The notes: generated by a model not told the origin, from the letters alone. Shown: positions 12,440 through 25,250, counted from the first letter of the stretch. The stretch is DNA of 33,171 bases from Octopus bimaculoides (GCF_001194135.2 NC_069002.1:34585510-34618680), one strand, 5' to 3'. Translations and numbers: made by a program.

Positions 12440-12800
12440 TGTCGTCGTCTTTTAGTCTCTGGTTCTTAGGGTCATACAGACTTTAATTTCATGGAAGCCA
12501 CCCGGCGTAGATTCATCAAGCCTAGTCTTGTATCTCGGTCGTACTCTACTAATTTCTCCGCTCAATATCTTTTTCTCACATACATATGTTTGTTCCCCGA
12601 GGAGACGTTTCCCAGGTTTCGAAGGCTCTATACGCTTTAAGCAGGAAATGGCCTGGAGGACAAATACGACCATAGACAAGTGACGAATACCCGGATCTTC
12701 AATACTTCTTGAAACAAACCGCCACCAACTTCACTTCTTTTGCTCTTTACGTCCTCCATCATTTCTTCTAAGGTCACAATGCCTAGGGTTAATTAAATTG
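12440..12800 (-). mobile_element. Internally collapsed RTE-clade LINE 3' end (RT domain 7 to C-terminus, short GAC tail)
   Basis: Colinear across frameshifts: QFN(Y)LGIVT, EDVKS, LKIRVFVTCLWS, KRIE/AFETW/KRLLG (about 12595-12637), EKKILSGEISRVRPRYKTRLD, then AGACGACGAC. These match the RTE motifs FKYLG, KIRL...VWS, KRIEAFEMW.YRRLL and EK.I..G....RGRPR...LD. Confidence 0.65.
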
Positions 12801-13559
12801 ATAATGATTGAATGTAAAATAAAAAAATGTTATCGTTTAATTGTAAACTTTCGTCAGTCGATGGTATGGAAGCCAATACGAAGAGTTTTACTTGTAACAG
12901 GTCTTGGAAGATGCCACGGTTTGGGCGGGCATGCATCTAATACAGTGAAGTTTGTGAAGTTGCATGTACGCAGCCATTTCATTGGCAACTTCTAGCGTGA
13001 TGAGATATGTCTATAACTTATGATTTATAATGAAGTGGAAATTAGTGAAATATTTCAAGATTATCTAACATATTCAGTAAACGTGGATTAAAATGTCGTT
13101 GAACTTTAGATTTATTGACGTAATTTTAACGAAGTTGGATAACTTAATTTCATCAGATATAATATCGATTTTAATGCACATTTGCAATTGAAGTTATTTA
13201 GCATCAGTAAAATGGCTTGTTATGACTTAAACTCTACTACAAGAAATTACAGTATAGGCAACTGTTTCAATAAAAATTCTAAAGAATGAATATTAACAAT
13301 TTATTTGCAAGAATTCACTTCTCTATTGAAACACGAGTCCTCTCAGTAACAACACAAATTGCTTAGAATATTAATAATAATTTAACTGAAAAGCGCTTGA
13401 AAGATTTCTAACTATATAACTTCTGAACCTAAGTTTTACTTACGTTATTCTTGTTATTTCAAAGCCCCGACGTTTAATTGAATGTTGTTGGGTTGTGAAT
13501 TGAACGATTGTACGTTATACTTTCTAAATCTTATTTCTCTTAAGGTAATACACTAAAGC

Positions 13560-13990
13560 GTACGGAGACGAAAATATGTTGTATAATGACATTACAGTTT
13601 TTCTTGAACAGGTAAGAAACACTTCTATACAGTGGAATGTTACCCGCTTATTAACATTTGTAATCTCTGAATGAATACTAACACTGATACACTCGACTTT
13701 GCACCTTACACGAAGGCGTTTGTAGAGTAAGTTAAGTCTAAGCAAGTCTAAGCAAACATTAGACATACAGTCCAGTTTAGAATCTGTTTTGGTTAGATAT
13801 CTTCTGCTTAGTTTTACGTTGATCAGAAGTATAAAATTATAACACCCATCCTTCTACAATACATTCATAAAGTCACGACACATGACCTAAAATTTTGGGG
13901 AGAAGGAAGAGAAAATTATATCAAAAGGTTTGTTGAAATGTTGCATCAGTTTTAAGACAGATAAATTAAATATGGTAAGTCGATTAAAGT
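13560..13990 (+). mobile_element. Decayed RTE-like RT fragment (domains 3 and 5-6)
   Basis: DITVFLEQVRNTSIQWNVTRLLTFV (13588-13662) is like IF.LRQI.E.SIEWN.PLY..FV. HDLKF...IKRFVEMLH...KYGKSI (13881-13986) is like DL.FADD...LQRLV..L...KYGL.I. Confidence 0.42.
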
Positions 13991-14759
13991 CGAATTTGCA
14001 ATCAGAATATTTAGAGAGTTAACTGAGATTGAAATAATATTCGATTGAATCAAACATATATGCGCCTTACGTCGCTAAATGTTAATACTTCATCTATGAC
14101 AAATATTAGGTAATATAATCGTTAATCGATAAGATGAATTTCAATTTGCACGGCGTATACTTTGTTTGTATGTATCGAAACTAAAAACAAATGAAGAATA
14201 GCAAAATCTCCTAGTGTCCCTGGCTACGTACTGGCATCTTCAGGGGGTTTATTATCAATAGCAGTGTTTTATTAACAGAAGTATATTAAAGAAACATTTC
14301 AGGCAGTTACGAAAAGCCTCAGAATCAATTTACCTTGCATGCTACACTGAACTCTCCTTTGAATATATTAAGCTATCAAATTTATCTTATGTACACATTC
14401 CATTCATTTCCTTTTCACTTTGTATGTGTCTGGATCTGTTTCCGAGTGCGTCTGTACATAGATATGACTCTGTCTATCTCATAAATTTTCTCGAACAAAT
14501 AGAGGTGATATGTTTGTAACCTAGTTCAAAATCCAGTATATTAAATATTTAAACAAATCTAATAGAGAGTAATTTGTTTGCCGTCAAACATATGTCTCAT
14601 CTGCTAGAGGCGATCAGTGACTTATATAAAAAACAGGTAACAAGGCACAATGATAAAAATAACGGTGACGATGGCGATTGCACATTATTTAGAACATTCA
14701 TGAGAAAGAAAAAGCCCATTGGCAATGATAGTTATGTCGAGTGAAATCAAGTTCATTTC

Positions 14760-15090
14760 TGACATGTTTTGGTTTCAAGATTTAAGATACCTTTGATGAA
14801 ACTGACATATCTCTGTTGGATATCAGCCCGGTGTATGAAGGTTGTACGTAAACTTTGTGACGTTAGACTCTACCGTCCACGAAATTGCATGAACTCAAGA
14901 AAGAATGAACGGACACTTTTCAAACCACAAGTTGACTATCATTTCTGACACTTTTGGTAACCTTTACTTCTCGTTCTGTCTCTCAGACATACTTGACAAG
15001 CTTTCTCCTGACACAACGATCCCACGCCAGAAATGTCTTTCCATAAGCATGACAGCCATCTAAGATTGTTTGAGATCACCATCAACTACT
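14760..15090 (+). mobile_element. Decayed RTE-like RT fragment (domains 2a-4)
   Basis: One frame reads GYQPGV*RLYVNFVTLDSTVHEIA*...KLTIISDTF...TTIPRQKCLS...AI*DCLR. Compare GFRPG...LYINFID.EKAFDSVH...W...TTGVRQGC.LS...AIDW.MR. Confidence 0.42.
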
Positions 15091-18000
15091 TTCTGTCACA
15101 TTGTCGGAAATTCAGGATACGAGCCAGTATGTTATCGATACCTTGGTATTTAAATCGGCTAAAATAGAAGTGCAGACCACACATATTGAAATAGAAACTG
15201 TTACTGGTGCTGTGGAGGGGAACCAGTTTTATCACTTATATAATGTGCATCTAATTCAAATGCAGATAAAATTAGTTCTATACTATGTGTATTGAGTCGG
15301 AATGTAAGCCTGGTCTTCAGAGTGTTCTTGGGTTAAAAACAATATTAAAAATAACTAGGACCACTCATTATGTAAATCCACTTTTAAAACAATAACAAAT
15401 AACAGTATTTTACAATTATATTAATTATCTAACATTGTCTGATTGATCTAATGTGCAGCCTATTTCATTCAGCGCCTTATTGATGAAAGAGGAATAAGAA
15501 AAACAAATGAAAAATTTTTTTTTTCATTTTTCATTTCAGTAAAATTATAATTTTTCAAAATATTTAGTTAAAATAAAAGGGGGAATTTCATTATATATGA
15601 TGTTCCTCTTAGATTTGGGGTCGTGCGAGTAATGCAACTGGAATGTCGGTAGCTTCGAGGTCTTCAAAAAGTAGAGAGTAATTCATATGTGTAAGATTCA
15701 TTGAAACCAGTGGGAAGAAATGTGGAAGAAATCCTGATGATTTGCTACCGTAGAAATCAAAGTATTTATATATATTCTGATTGGGAAATGTGTTCGAAAG
15801 CTTGGATTATTGTATTTTAATCAAATAACAGAAATGGTGTAAATAAAATTTGCAAGCCCCTGTGATTAGGTTCATGTAAATTGAAACAAAAACAGCGATG
15901 ATTTGTTACGGTTTGCAGTCATTTGACGGAGCAATTGATATTTAAGCAAGTCGGTTAAGGACGAAGTTTGAAGTGGTTAGCAAAGAAACCAATAAAGGAA
16001 CCAAGGACACTTGTTAAAGTTCTGCTATCATATTAAATTATCCGTTTAATGCATCTGTTCTGTAGTAATAACAATTAGTCAAATACACAAAATTTATGGT
16101 AATGAATTACGGTGAAATTGGATATAGTAATTAATTAGTAATACAATATAAAACACTTCCTCCAGTAACAAACACTGGTTATTGCAACATAGCCAGAGTG
16201 ATTCTGCTGCCATTTTATTTGATACAAAAAGCATAATGCTTTTATTACACAACAGCAAAATGTGTGTGAAACTATAAACAGACATATTGCATAATGCACT
16301 CCCTTATATAATATGTATTAATAAGAGGTGATTTTAAACACAAGATCATAGCTGTGAAGACTATGAGAGATATCGTAGTATAAAAAACATAATAAACAAA
16401 TCTCCAACTTCGTAAATGTACGTTCTGTGAATGTCAGAAAGTACTAAATATAAATGTCAGTGAATTCGTCCCCCAAATATAAGCGAAGCGCGGTAAAAGA
16501 AATGCCGGTGCATTAAGACTCCCCAGGTTAAGCAGCGCAAATTCAAGGCAGTGGATAAAACTGACCATGAAAACAGGAGTGTCGTAAGTGTACTCACANN
16601 NNNNNNNNNNNNNNNNNNNNNNNNNNNNNNNNNNNNNNNNNNNNNNNNNNNNNNNNNNNNNNNNNNNNNNNNNNNNNNNNNNNNNNNNNNNNNNNNNNNN
16701 NNNNNNNNNNNNNNNNNNNNNNNNNNNNNNNNNNNNNNNNNNNNNNNNNNNNNNNNNNNNNNNNNNNNNNNNNNNNNNNNNNNNNATATATATATATATA
16801 TATATACATATAATATTATATAGGCAGATACATAGAGAAATTGATAGATAGAAACAGAGATAGACACAGACAGACAGAGAAAGAGATAACATGATACAAA
16901 TGTTATGTAGGTATATCCTAATGAATTAAAATATAGTATGATGAATTAAAAAATAGATCTGATATCAATAGATATCAGCACTCAAATATTTCGGATAGAC
17001 TATTTTCTTAAGTCAAAATCTATCCTAAAATGATCCTTACGTACATCAGCCTCTCATTTTTGTGATCGTTATGCGTTGTCCTCCATTATTCTGCATCATG
17101 AAAAACACTCCGTATGTTATTCTCTTTGAATACATCCGACTTGCATATTACTACTATTCAGCACATGAACGTCTCTCACTCAATCAACCATTACTCCTAA
17201 CTTAAATACCTGCGCCATCGTCGGATTAAGCAATTCAATTGCACTGCTATCAGTTTCTCATGATTTGAATATATAAGGTTTCGAAATAATTTTTATCGTA
17301 TTCACCCGCTTAATAAGAACTATGGTAAAGAAACTTCCAGAAATGTTTCGTGTTGTTCTTCCTGAGTTGATCATATTCACTATGAATTTAAAATAATTGC
17401 AATTAATCACTACGAGTTGCCATTAGAGTAGCATTACAATGGGCAGATTGAATGAATAACTTAAGTCGTAAGCAACATTAATTGCACATTCTTTTATTAT
17501 AAATTTTCTTATTTATTTTAGTATAAACTTTTTTATCTATGTACATGGATTTCTTTGCACATGTTCTTAGTTTATTCGAGATAGTTTTAATATATGCCTT
17601 TCAAACGGAAAGCAATGCAGACGATAGACTGCTCACAAAATCATCTAAGTACTTTACTTTAGGTACGCTATGCATTGAACGCTGACCACGCTATGAAGTA
17701 GGTGGCACTAAACACGAAGTAAACAAGGTTAGGGATACCGCCTGCTTTGTAAGTGACCTGGCGAAGACCAATCGTTGAGCTGTCTACGATATTTCTAGAT
17801 CTAATAGAAGAAAAAATGTAGAAATAAGCCATTTAGCAGTTCTTCCTTTGCTGTACCACACCGCGGAAAATTTCGTCAAATATGTTTTGAGATGAGCAAG
17901 GAAGAAAATCGTAATTACAATTAGTGCGGTGTGTATCTATTGTGCATAAGAAGAAACATCATCAAACCAGACATTAATATACACGTGTGCCATAATGTTT

Positions 18001-18641
18001 ATTCCTAAATATTTCAAAACATTATATAATGGATTCCGTACAAACGATAAGCATGGCGTACAAATGCAAAAATTTATGGATATCGGAAGTAAACACTCAC
18101 CAATATTATGAGAATTCTGTTGGAACTTACTGCTGTAATATAATGGAAAAGAATAAGAAAAGAGTGACATCAGGTAAAGAAAAAAGAATGTGCGCACTGA
18201 TTTGGAAATTACTGTTTTTTACCGAATATTTAAAAGACATTTAAAGAGAAGTAAAGAGAAAAGAATATCTGACGAAATCGAGGGCAATTGATAAACGGTC
18301 TGTGCTTTTGGTAATCACTGGGACGAAAACTGCGTAACAAATTGGCCTTCCGGCAAAGATTAAGGGTGTGGACATCACCGGATTTTGAAGAACGTTCTTA
18401 TTTATATAAATGTAATTGGGAGTAATTAACAGAACTGTGAAAGAAAGTAAAGCCTATCGGAACTAACGGTTGCAATAAATACATACATTCTTTTAGATAA
18501 ACAAATATGTAAATATGCATATGTACTGATGCATAGTATCATATATACAGGTCTACACACACTGTAAGATGCAACCCTCCCCTCTCGCATGAGCAAGGAT
18601 ATACATGTATAGAAGCATACATACATACACATGCATATATT

Positions 18642-18648
18642 CATGAAT

Positions 18649-18710
<62 letters not shown>
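18642..18710. repeat. (TA)n microsatellite
   Basis: Seen directly. Confidence 0.95.
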
Positions 18711-18714
<4 letters not shown>

Positions 18715-19161
18715 TAATGTATACAGATATTCATTCATACATATAGTCATAGTTGCATAGTTACAAATGTACGTACATACATTGAAACGTACGTACATGC
18801 ATATATACAAACACAACAAATTGTTTTTCCAACGTTCTAATAACAAAAAAATCTGCTTGTCTCTAGGGTAGAACAAATCTTTAACTATTGGTGCAAACTT
18901 TTAAAAATAATACCAGAAAATATATACACATAGTAAGGAAGAGTGAGATAAATACACTAGCGTTGATACATACACGTGTATGCATCAACACACGCACACA
19001 CATATTGTTTTTTTATATGAAAAACAATATGCATATTGACATAGACATACATACAGGCACACAGAAACACACATAACCACGTACGCACACAAGCACACAT
19101 ATTCAACTACACACACAACTAACCCCATCCACACACATATATGTATATATAGACATAAGGT

Positions 19162-19231
<70 letters not shown>
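19162..19231 (+). repeat. (GATA)n tetranucleotide microsatellite
   Basis: About 17 perfect GATA units, seen directly. Confidence 0.97.
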
Positions 19232-19232
<1 letters not shown>

Positions 19233-20319
19233 TGACTGACAGAGAGAGATAGATATGCTCCGGCTGAAGCTTAAGCAGAANNNNNNNNNNNNNNNNNNNN
19301 NNNNNNNNNNNNNNNNNNNNNNNNNNNNNNNNNNNNNNNNNNNNNNNNNNNNNNNNNNNNNNNNNNNNNNNNNNNNNNNNNNNNNNNNNNNNNNNNNNNN
19401 NNNNNNNNNNNNNNNNNNNNNNNNNNNNNNNNNNNNNNNNNNNNNNNNNNNNNNNNNNNNNNNNNNNNNNNNNNNNNNNNNNNNNNNTAAATTCAGGGAT
19501 TTTGTTTTCCAGTAACAAAGGAGAAAGAAAACGAAATGTTAGAAAAAAAGACATTGAAAATAAACTTAAATCATTATACAAACAAAAGGAAACCGAAGAT
19601 CCGCGAACAAAAGAGATCAACTTTTTTTTTGTTACTAAAATAAAAGCATTGGTTTCTTAGATGGGTAGGTACAAGTGATAAAGTTAAGTTTTTGGGGTGA
19701 TCTGGCTGTAGTCTATTATAGGTGATAAATACTTGGTAATGTAGTCTAGGGAGAGAGAAGAAAACAAACCATCAAGGGTTAGAATTAAACGCCATCTCAT
19801 TTATTTTTTCCGTTACATTCTCACCTTTGCTACTTCAGTGTGCTAGTATATCATCATATCGGTATGTAATTTTGCATGAATCAGCGTATAATTATGAATT
19901 AAGGTTTGCGCTTGGCAGTGAAAATAATCAAGAGGCAATAATAACGAACACTCTGCCATTTTTACCTATTGTAAAAAGAAAGAAACTATATCAAATAGAT
20001 ATTCAAAACATTTAGCATAATTAAATATTCCCGTTCTATATTTAAGAGACGAGGAATTATGTACATTATTTACATTATTTACATTCGACGGATATTTGTC
20101 CCCATCTTATTTGTTGTTAACACAACATTTCGGATGATATACCCTCCAGCCTTCTTCAGATGTCTTGGGGAAATTTTGAACCTGGGCTCTCATTCCTAAG
20201 GTATTTGTCGATGTTACTATTATCATTGTTATTATTATTTTTTTTTTTTAAAGTTGCATTACTGTTGACGAATTGGATTCAGCTATCTAATATATCATGC
20301 TCATCGTTCCCTATTTACT

Positions 20320-21360
20320 GCATTAAAAAGACTAGTCAAGGGTCATTTGTCTGTAGGACTGCGTATTTTCATGGGAAAAGTAGCGATGAAATCCAAAGCA
20401 CATTTCATGATGTTTCTCGCATGACCTAGCTGTGGCCTTTTTGAGAGTAAAACTCCCCAATGCATCTCGGAGAGAACATGTGATCTAAGAGGAAAACGGA
20501 CAACGCTTTGCATCTTGACGCTGAAACTGTCCCCCTAAGGAGAAGTATGGGAGGCAACCCATGAATGTGAAATCATTATGGAAATGCTTAGACATGAAGC
20601 AAGTATTACGAAGAAACTGTATATGATTTGATATTCTACTTAAGAGTAACAAGATCTCCAAACACTTGTTCTCTGTCGCCAGAGATATTGAACACTACTA
20701 CGAATCGCGAGTATTCCTCAAATATAATAAGTCTGAAGTAATTGAAACAATAGGTAAAGTTTCCCTGAATACTATACTTAGTCGTTCCTTCGTCTTTGAT
20801 TCTTTGATAAGAATCCTTTCTAAGAGGTGATAGACCCGACGTATAATTTTAGCACTGAAGATAAAACAAACGTTAGTTTTCGTCACGTCACTTGCAGAGG
20901 AAATGAGATTCTTCTTGCTGAAAAAATGTTACCCGGTACTCCTGTATGTCATCGCCCAATGTGAATGTCAAAAAGCGAGAATGTAAAGACAACTGAACAG
21001 ATGTATGCGCGAAAAACCTGTTTCAAAATGCCTTTATTACTAAGAAAGCAACACCTAAATCTCTTTCAAATTTTATACTTAAAACACAGAAATTTGAATA
21101 TGAACTATCAGTCAATAAACAATATTTTTGAGGAGAAAAATACAAAAGTCCCGCCTCGAAAGTTATTGAACACATATCGCTTCAACAGCTGTAGATCTTC
21201 AGCTAAATCCGCAACAAAAGAAACAAACAAAACAAAAATGTAACTATATTGAGATTTTGTTTCAAGGTTATGTTCTATGCTGTCTTCCTCTCTGGAAAAC
21301 ATTGTAAACCTGCCTACCTCAAATTAGACATGACAGGCTTAAAACCGAAAAAAGACATCG
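20320..21360 (+). mobile_element. Decayed RTE-clade LINE, RT domains 1-4 joined to the C-terminal region
   Basis: KGHLS, then KCLDMKQVLRRNCI*FDILL...KSEVIETIGKVSLNTILS..FVFDSLIRIL (20582-20820; the TGVRQGCILS position), then PVLLY (20933-20947), RCMREK, QQL*IFS*I (RQLRWFGH-like) and KVMFYA...SGK. Domains 5-7 appear deleted. Confidence 0.6.
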
Positions 21361-22739
21361 GATAATAACATTTCAATGTCTGATAAAAGCAATGACAGGA
21401 CGGTGATAGACGGAACAGCTTTGAACATGTTTCTGATAAATCTCTTAGTTAACCTGGGGCAAGATATTTCGAAAGAGTAAGAACAACATCTGCAAGAATT
21501 ACAAAGCTATATCTCAAAAGTAGTATCTACGCCAGAATTTATTCTGCCGTAAACAAGTTATTTTGTGAAACAGAAAACAAAATAGAAGTATTTCTGGAGC
21601 ACGGTTCGATTCTTATCAGCGGCAGGGGAGCGTGTATCTTCATTTCCATCTAACTTGTGTTGTTTACAAAAGTAAAACTTTTAATGTCAATTTTATGAAA
21701 ATACTGTTATTAGTATTCCATAATACACACACACATGTATATGTATATATATATATATATNNNNNNNNNNNNNNNNNNNNNNNNNNNNNNNNNNNNNNNN
21801 NNNNNNNNNNNNNNNNNNNNNNNNNNNNNNNNNNNNNNNNNNNNNNNNNNNNNNNNNNNNNNNNNNNNNNNNNNNNNNNNNNNNNNNNNNNNNNNNNNNN
21901 NNNNNNNNNNNNNNNNNNNNNNNNNNNNNNNNNNNNNNNNNNNNNNNNNNNNNNNNNNNNNNNNNNNNNNNNNNNNNNNNNNNNNNNNNNNNNNNNNNNN
22001 NNNNNNNNNNNNNNNNNNNNNNNNNNNNNNNNNNNNNNNNNNNNNNNNNNNNNNNNNNNNNNNNNNNNNNNNNNNNNNNNNNNNNNNNNNNNNNNNNNNN
22101 NNNNNNNNNNNNNNNNNNNNNNNNNNNNNNNNNNNNNNNNNNNNNNNNNNNNNNNNNNNNNNNNNNNNNNNNNNNNNNNNNNNNNNNNNNNNNNNNNNNN
22201 NNNNNNNNNNNNNNNNNNNNNNNNNNNNNNNNNNNNNNNNNNNNNNNNNNNNNNNNNNNNNNNNNNNNNNNNNNNNNNNNNNNNNNNNNNNNNNNNNNNN
22301 NNNNNNNNNNNNNNNNNNNNNNNNNNNNNNNNNNNNNNNNNNNNNNNNNNNNNNNNNNNNNNNNNNNNNNNNNNNNNNNNNNNNNNNNNNNNNNNNNNNN
22401 NNNNNNNNNNNNNNNNNNNNTATATATATATACATATATATGCATACATACATATATATATATAAATATATACACACACACATATACATATATATATATA
22501 TATATATGTAATTAGCCTCTTAAAAGATTTACAATCAATCAAGCATATACGGAAATAATCTTGTAGGAAATTCCAAACATCTCAAGAGACTTGAAGTTTA
22601 ACAAAAACATTTATAGACACAAAGAAATGTATTGTAATTTCAGAGTTTATGAGAAAAATGTTTGAAACCAGAACATATTTCGTGGTTAATATCCTTATTG
22701 TTTTCTTGTTTTTTTTTGTGGTTATTCTTTCTCTCAATA

Positions 22740-22960
22740 TTATGTTTTGTTCATTGCTTATGTGAGTCAGATGTGATTCTAGTGATTTAACTTCTTCCCC
22801 ATCAACTTATTCGTTTTTAACTGTTTTAGTCGTATTGTTTCCTCTCTCGAAGTCTGAAAGTCTGCTGACATAACTATCTCACTTTCGATCACATTTTAAA
22901 AATTGTCTTTCTATTCTCTTTCGATGTCTTAATTTTTTTTATATCTTTCTCCTGCTGTAT
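22740..22960 (-). mobile_element. Possible LINE RT N-terminal (domain 0) remnant
   Basis: Minus frame reads TSREETIRLKQLKTNKLMG, like TREEV..AIKQLKNNKAPG. Confidence 0.35.
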
Positions 22961-23089
22961 TGATCTATTGTTCGCTTCTATTGTTTGTTGTTGAACATCA
23001 GTTGATCCTTAAATGAGTTGTCATATTACAATGAATGATTTTCCGCCTATGAACACCCGTCCATTTTTATTTCAATTATTTCGTCCCTT

Positions 23090-23330
23090 GATTATTTCAG
23101 TAACCTATGCAGTTCTTTAGTGTGACGCAGTCTTAAATGCAGAACGATTCAACTGTTTTTATTTGACACATACATTGACTACTCAAAGCCTTTCCCATGC
23201 CTCCATTTTTACTCACTTTCCGCTCCCTAGTTAATTTGAATAATTGTGAAGCGCTAAATACCAGTAATACTGTATGTCATTATTGCTGAAAGCTAGAAGA
23301 TTCGATAGAAATTCGGTTGTGCGTAGCGCA
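23090..23330 (+). mobile_element. Decayed RTE-like RT domain 3-4 fragment
   Basis: 23132-23206 reads LKCRTIQLFLFDTYIDYSKPFPCLH, like EK.REFQ..LYLCFIDYSKAFDCVDH. A downstream IR*..GC resembles VRQGC. Confidence 0.55.
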
Positions 23331-23505
23331 TTAGATTGGTGGATTAGTAAGTTATGTAGCAGTCCATAAAGATCTCCTCAAAATATTTTCTGAATATATA
23401 CATATAGGTGTGCCAAACTATCAGAATCATAGCCGATTATACTCGTCCAAATGTTGATGACCAGTACCCGAATCTGAAACCATTATTATTATCATCATCA
23501 TCATT

Positions 23506-23830
23506 TAAAACTGCTTGGTCTATATATAATAGATCATGCGTTGCATTCCTCACTGCTTCTTCCTGCAAACTGTCTATTCTCCTGACAGTAAATTCTGGTT
23601 GTCAAGGTGTTCATAAATGCTTTCTGAAAGCATTCCTGTTAACAGCTTCCACACTAATGGTAAGCTAGTGGTTGGTCTATAATTGCTAGCTGTATCAGCC
23701 TTGTTCTCATCCTTCACGATGATTAAAGTCCTCCATCTTGTAAACCAACCTGGTATTATTCCTGCATTAGGGCTATCCTGAAGTTGTCCCATCAACGTCC
23801 CATGTAAGGTTCCCATGAACTGTTTAATGC
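23506..23830 (-). mobile_element. R4/Dong-like (R2-superfamily) non-LTR retrotransposon RT fragment, pseudogenised
   Basis: ORF 23574-23912 reads QLQDSPNAGIIPGWFTRWRTLIIVKDENKADTASNYRPTTSLPLVWKLLTGMLSESIYEHLDNQNLLSGE*. Past the TAG (likely CAG) it reads CRKK, and after a frameshift THDLLYIDQAVL. This matches the R4/Dong pattern P.W.T.GRT.LI.KD...NYRPI.CLP..WKLLTG...EQKGCR. Confidence 0.85.
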
Positions 23831-24475
23831 TGAGTGGAGACATTAGTTCCCTTGTTCGAGGTATAAGGACGCAGTTGTGCGTCGGTAACCAGCGGGAAAA
23901 CGTGTTATCCATGGGCTAAAAATAGGTAGTAATATCGTCCTAATCACGACTGCCACTTTATGTTGGCAAATAGATTCTATTCTATTCATCCATAGGCTGC
24001 CTGCCTAACGTAGGCTGAATGTTCTACATTTACATACTGCTTATACCCTAAAGTACAGGCCAGTATGTACACTATCGCTTCTGATAAACGTTCTTGGATT
24101 TCTCGTGTGAATCCCTTTTCTTGAAGACATCAATGCACTTATTAGCAATTCCACTGCTACTGCCGAAAGGATCAGTCAGGTTGATGTCTTTTATTACACA
24201 ATTTAGCCCCAGGCACATCTTGAAGGAGCACTTATCCGATCACATCCTTTTCTCAAATTTTCCATTCTTACTTTGTCACAGGATGTAAGGCTATACTATA
24301 TATAATAGTGTTTTCCTTCCTTTTCCCATAATTGTGTCTTTTGATCAGTGGAATCTGGTCTTTCTGGAATATTTGGCTCTTTCAGTTATATAACGCTGAA
24401 AGGTCACGTATTTGTGTCTATTGTATTGCTTCGTGATTACTATTTGTTTTGTTTTATAAAATCTCGATATTTCCT

Positions 24476-24513
24476 TCATGATGAAGTGTTCATGACGATG
24501 ATGGTGGTGGTGG

Positions 24514-24560
<47 letters not shown>

Positions 24561-24634
24561 GCGGTCGTGGTGGTCGTGGTCGTGGTCGTGGTGATGCTGA
24601 TGGTAGTGGTGATGATGATGATGATGATGATGAC

Positions 24635-24667
<33 letters not shown>

Positions 24668-24989
24668 AAAGACTGTGAGGCCGTCGACAACGACGTCGAC
24701 GGTGATGACGGTGATGATCACGTTCATGATGATGATGATGATATATATGATGATGAAGATGATGGTGATGATGGTGGTAGTGATGAATACAATGATGCTG
24801 ATGATGAGAGTGATGGCCGCAACGATGATTAATGATGTCTTTGACGCCGAAATCGACGAAACTGAAGATGATGACGATGATGGTGAGGATGATGATGATG
24901 ATGACAATGATTATGATGATGATGATGACGATGACGATGATGATTATGATGATGATGATGATGATGATGATTGAGTATGATGATGATGG

Positions 24990-25028
<39 letters not shown>

Positions 25029-25250
25029 GGACGTCGACGACGACGATGATGATGGTGTTGATGACGGCGAAAATGCTGATGATAATGATGATAATGATGA
25101 TAATGATGATGGCAGCATCAGAAGGTGATCGTGGTTATGATTATGATGATGTCGTCTAAATTATGTGACATGCAAGAATAATGGACACTTTAAGTAGTAA
25201 TTTAAACCAAATTGATGTTCTGCACTCTGTGTGTTTAGATAGTTATATTA
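24476..25250 (+). repeat. (GAT)n-rich compound microsatellite cassette, copy 1
   Basis: Long GAT/GGT/GAC arrays with non-repetitive anchors shared with 28805-29305. The poly-H/I/S/M/D ORFs are artefacts. Confidence 0.9.

Larger units (their letters stand above)
15625..19800 (+). mobile_element. Candidate near-full-length fossil RTE LINE ORF (APE, RT, C-terminus) split by microsatellites and gaps
   Basis: Colinear on the plus strand: WNVGS (15639), ET(R)W, IYS..GK..RKLG, KLKQK, TNT(W)..QH (about 16170), TDH (16560; SDH motif). Then DT....SD(W)...IV (about 17740), R*ARKKI...ISAVC, INIHVC...YS*IFQNI (17973-18023), CWN...YNGKE*EKSDIR (18118), LFFTEYL. Finally KLSFWGDL...ILGNVV*GERR (19681-19760). 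Many stops and frameshifts. Confidence 0.55.

Noticed and set aside
13545-13611. Apparent 67-nt exon (AG...CAG/GTAAG)
   Set aside because: The reading frame runs through the donor as an RT domain 3-like motif, so chance splice signals in a LINE relic are likelier.
17900-18130. Chapaev3-like transposase resemblance (IH..H, DKHG, KHSP...CWNL)
   Set aside because: The same bases fit a longer colinear series of RTE RT motifs on both sides.
21395-21620. VIDGTAL...FDSY resembling a PIN-like DNA transposon protein
   Set aside because: The motif spacing is wrong and there is no further support.
22700-22930. RKRIERQ...SRLSDFERGN...LRERIT as a Dong N-terminal region
   Set aside because: Another frame gives a better RT domain 0 match, and the order relative to the Dong RT piece would be reversed.
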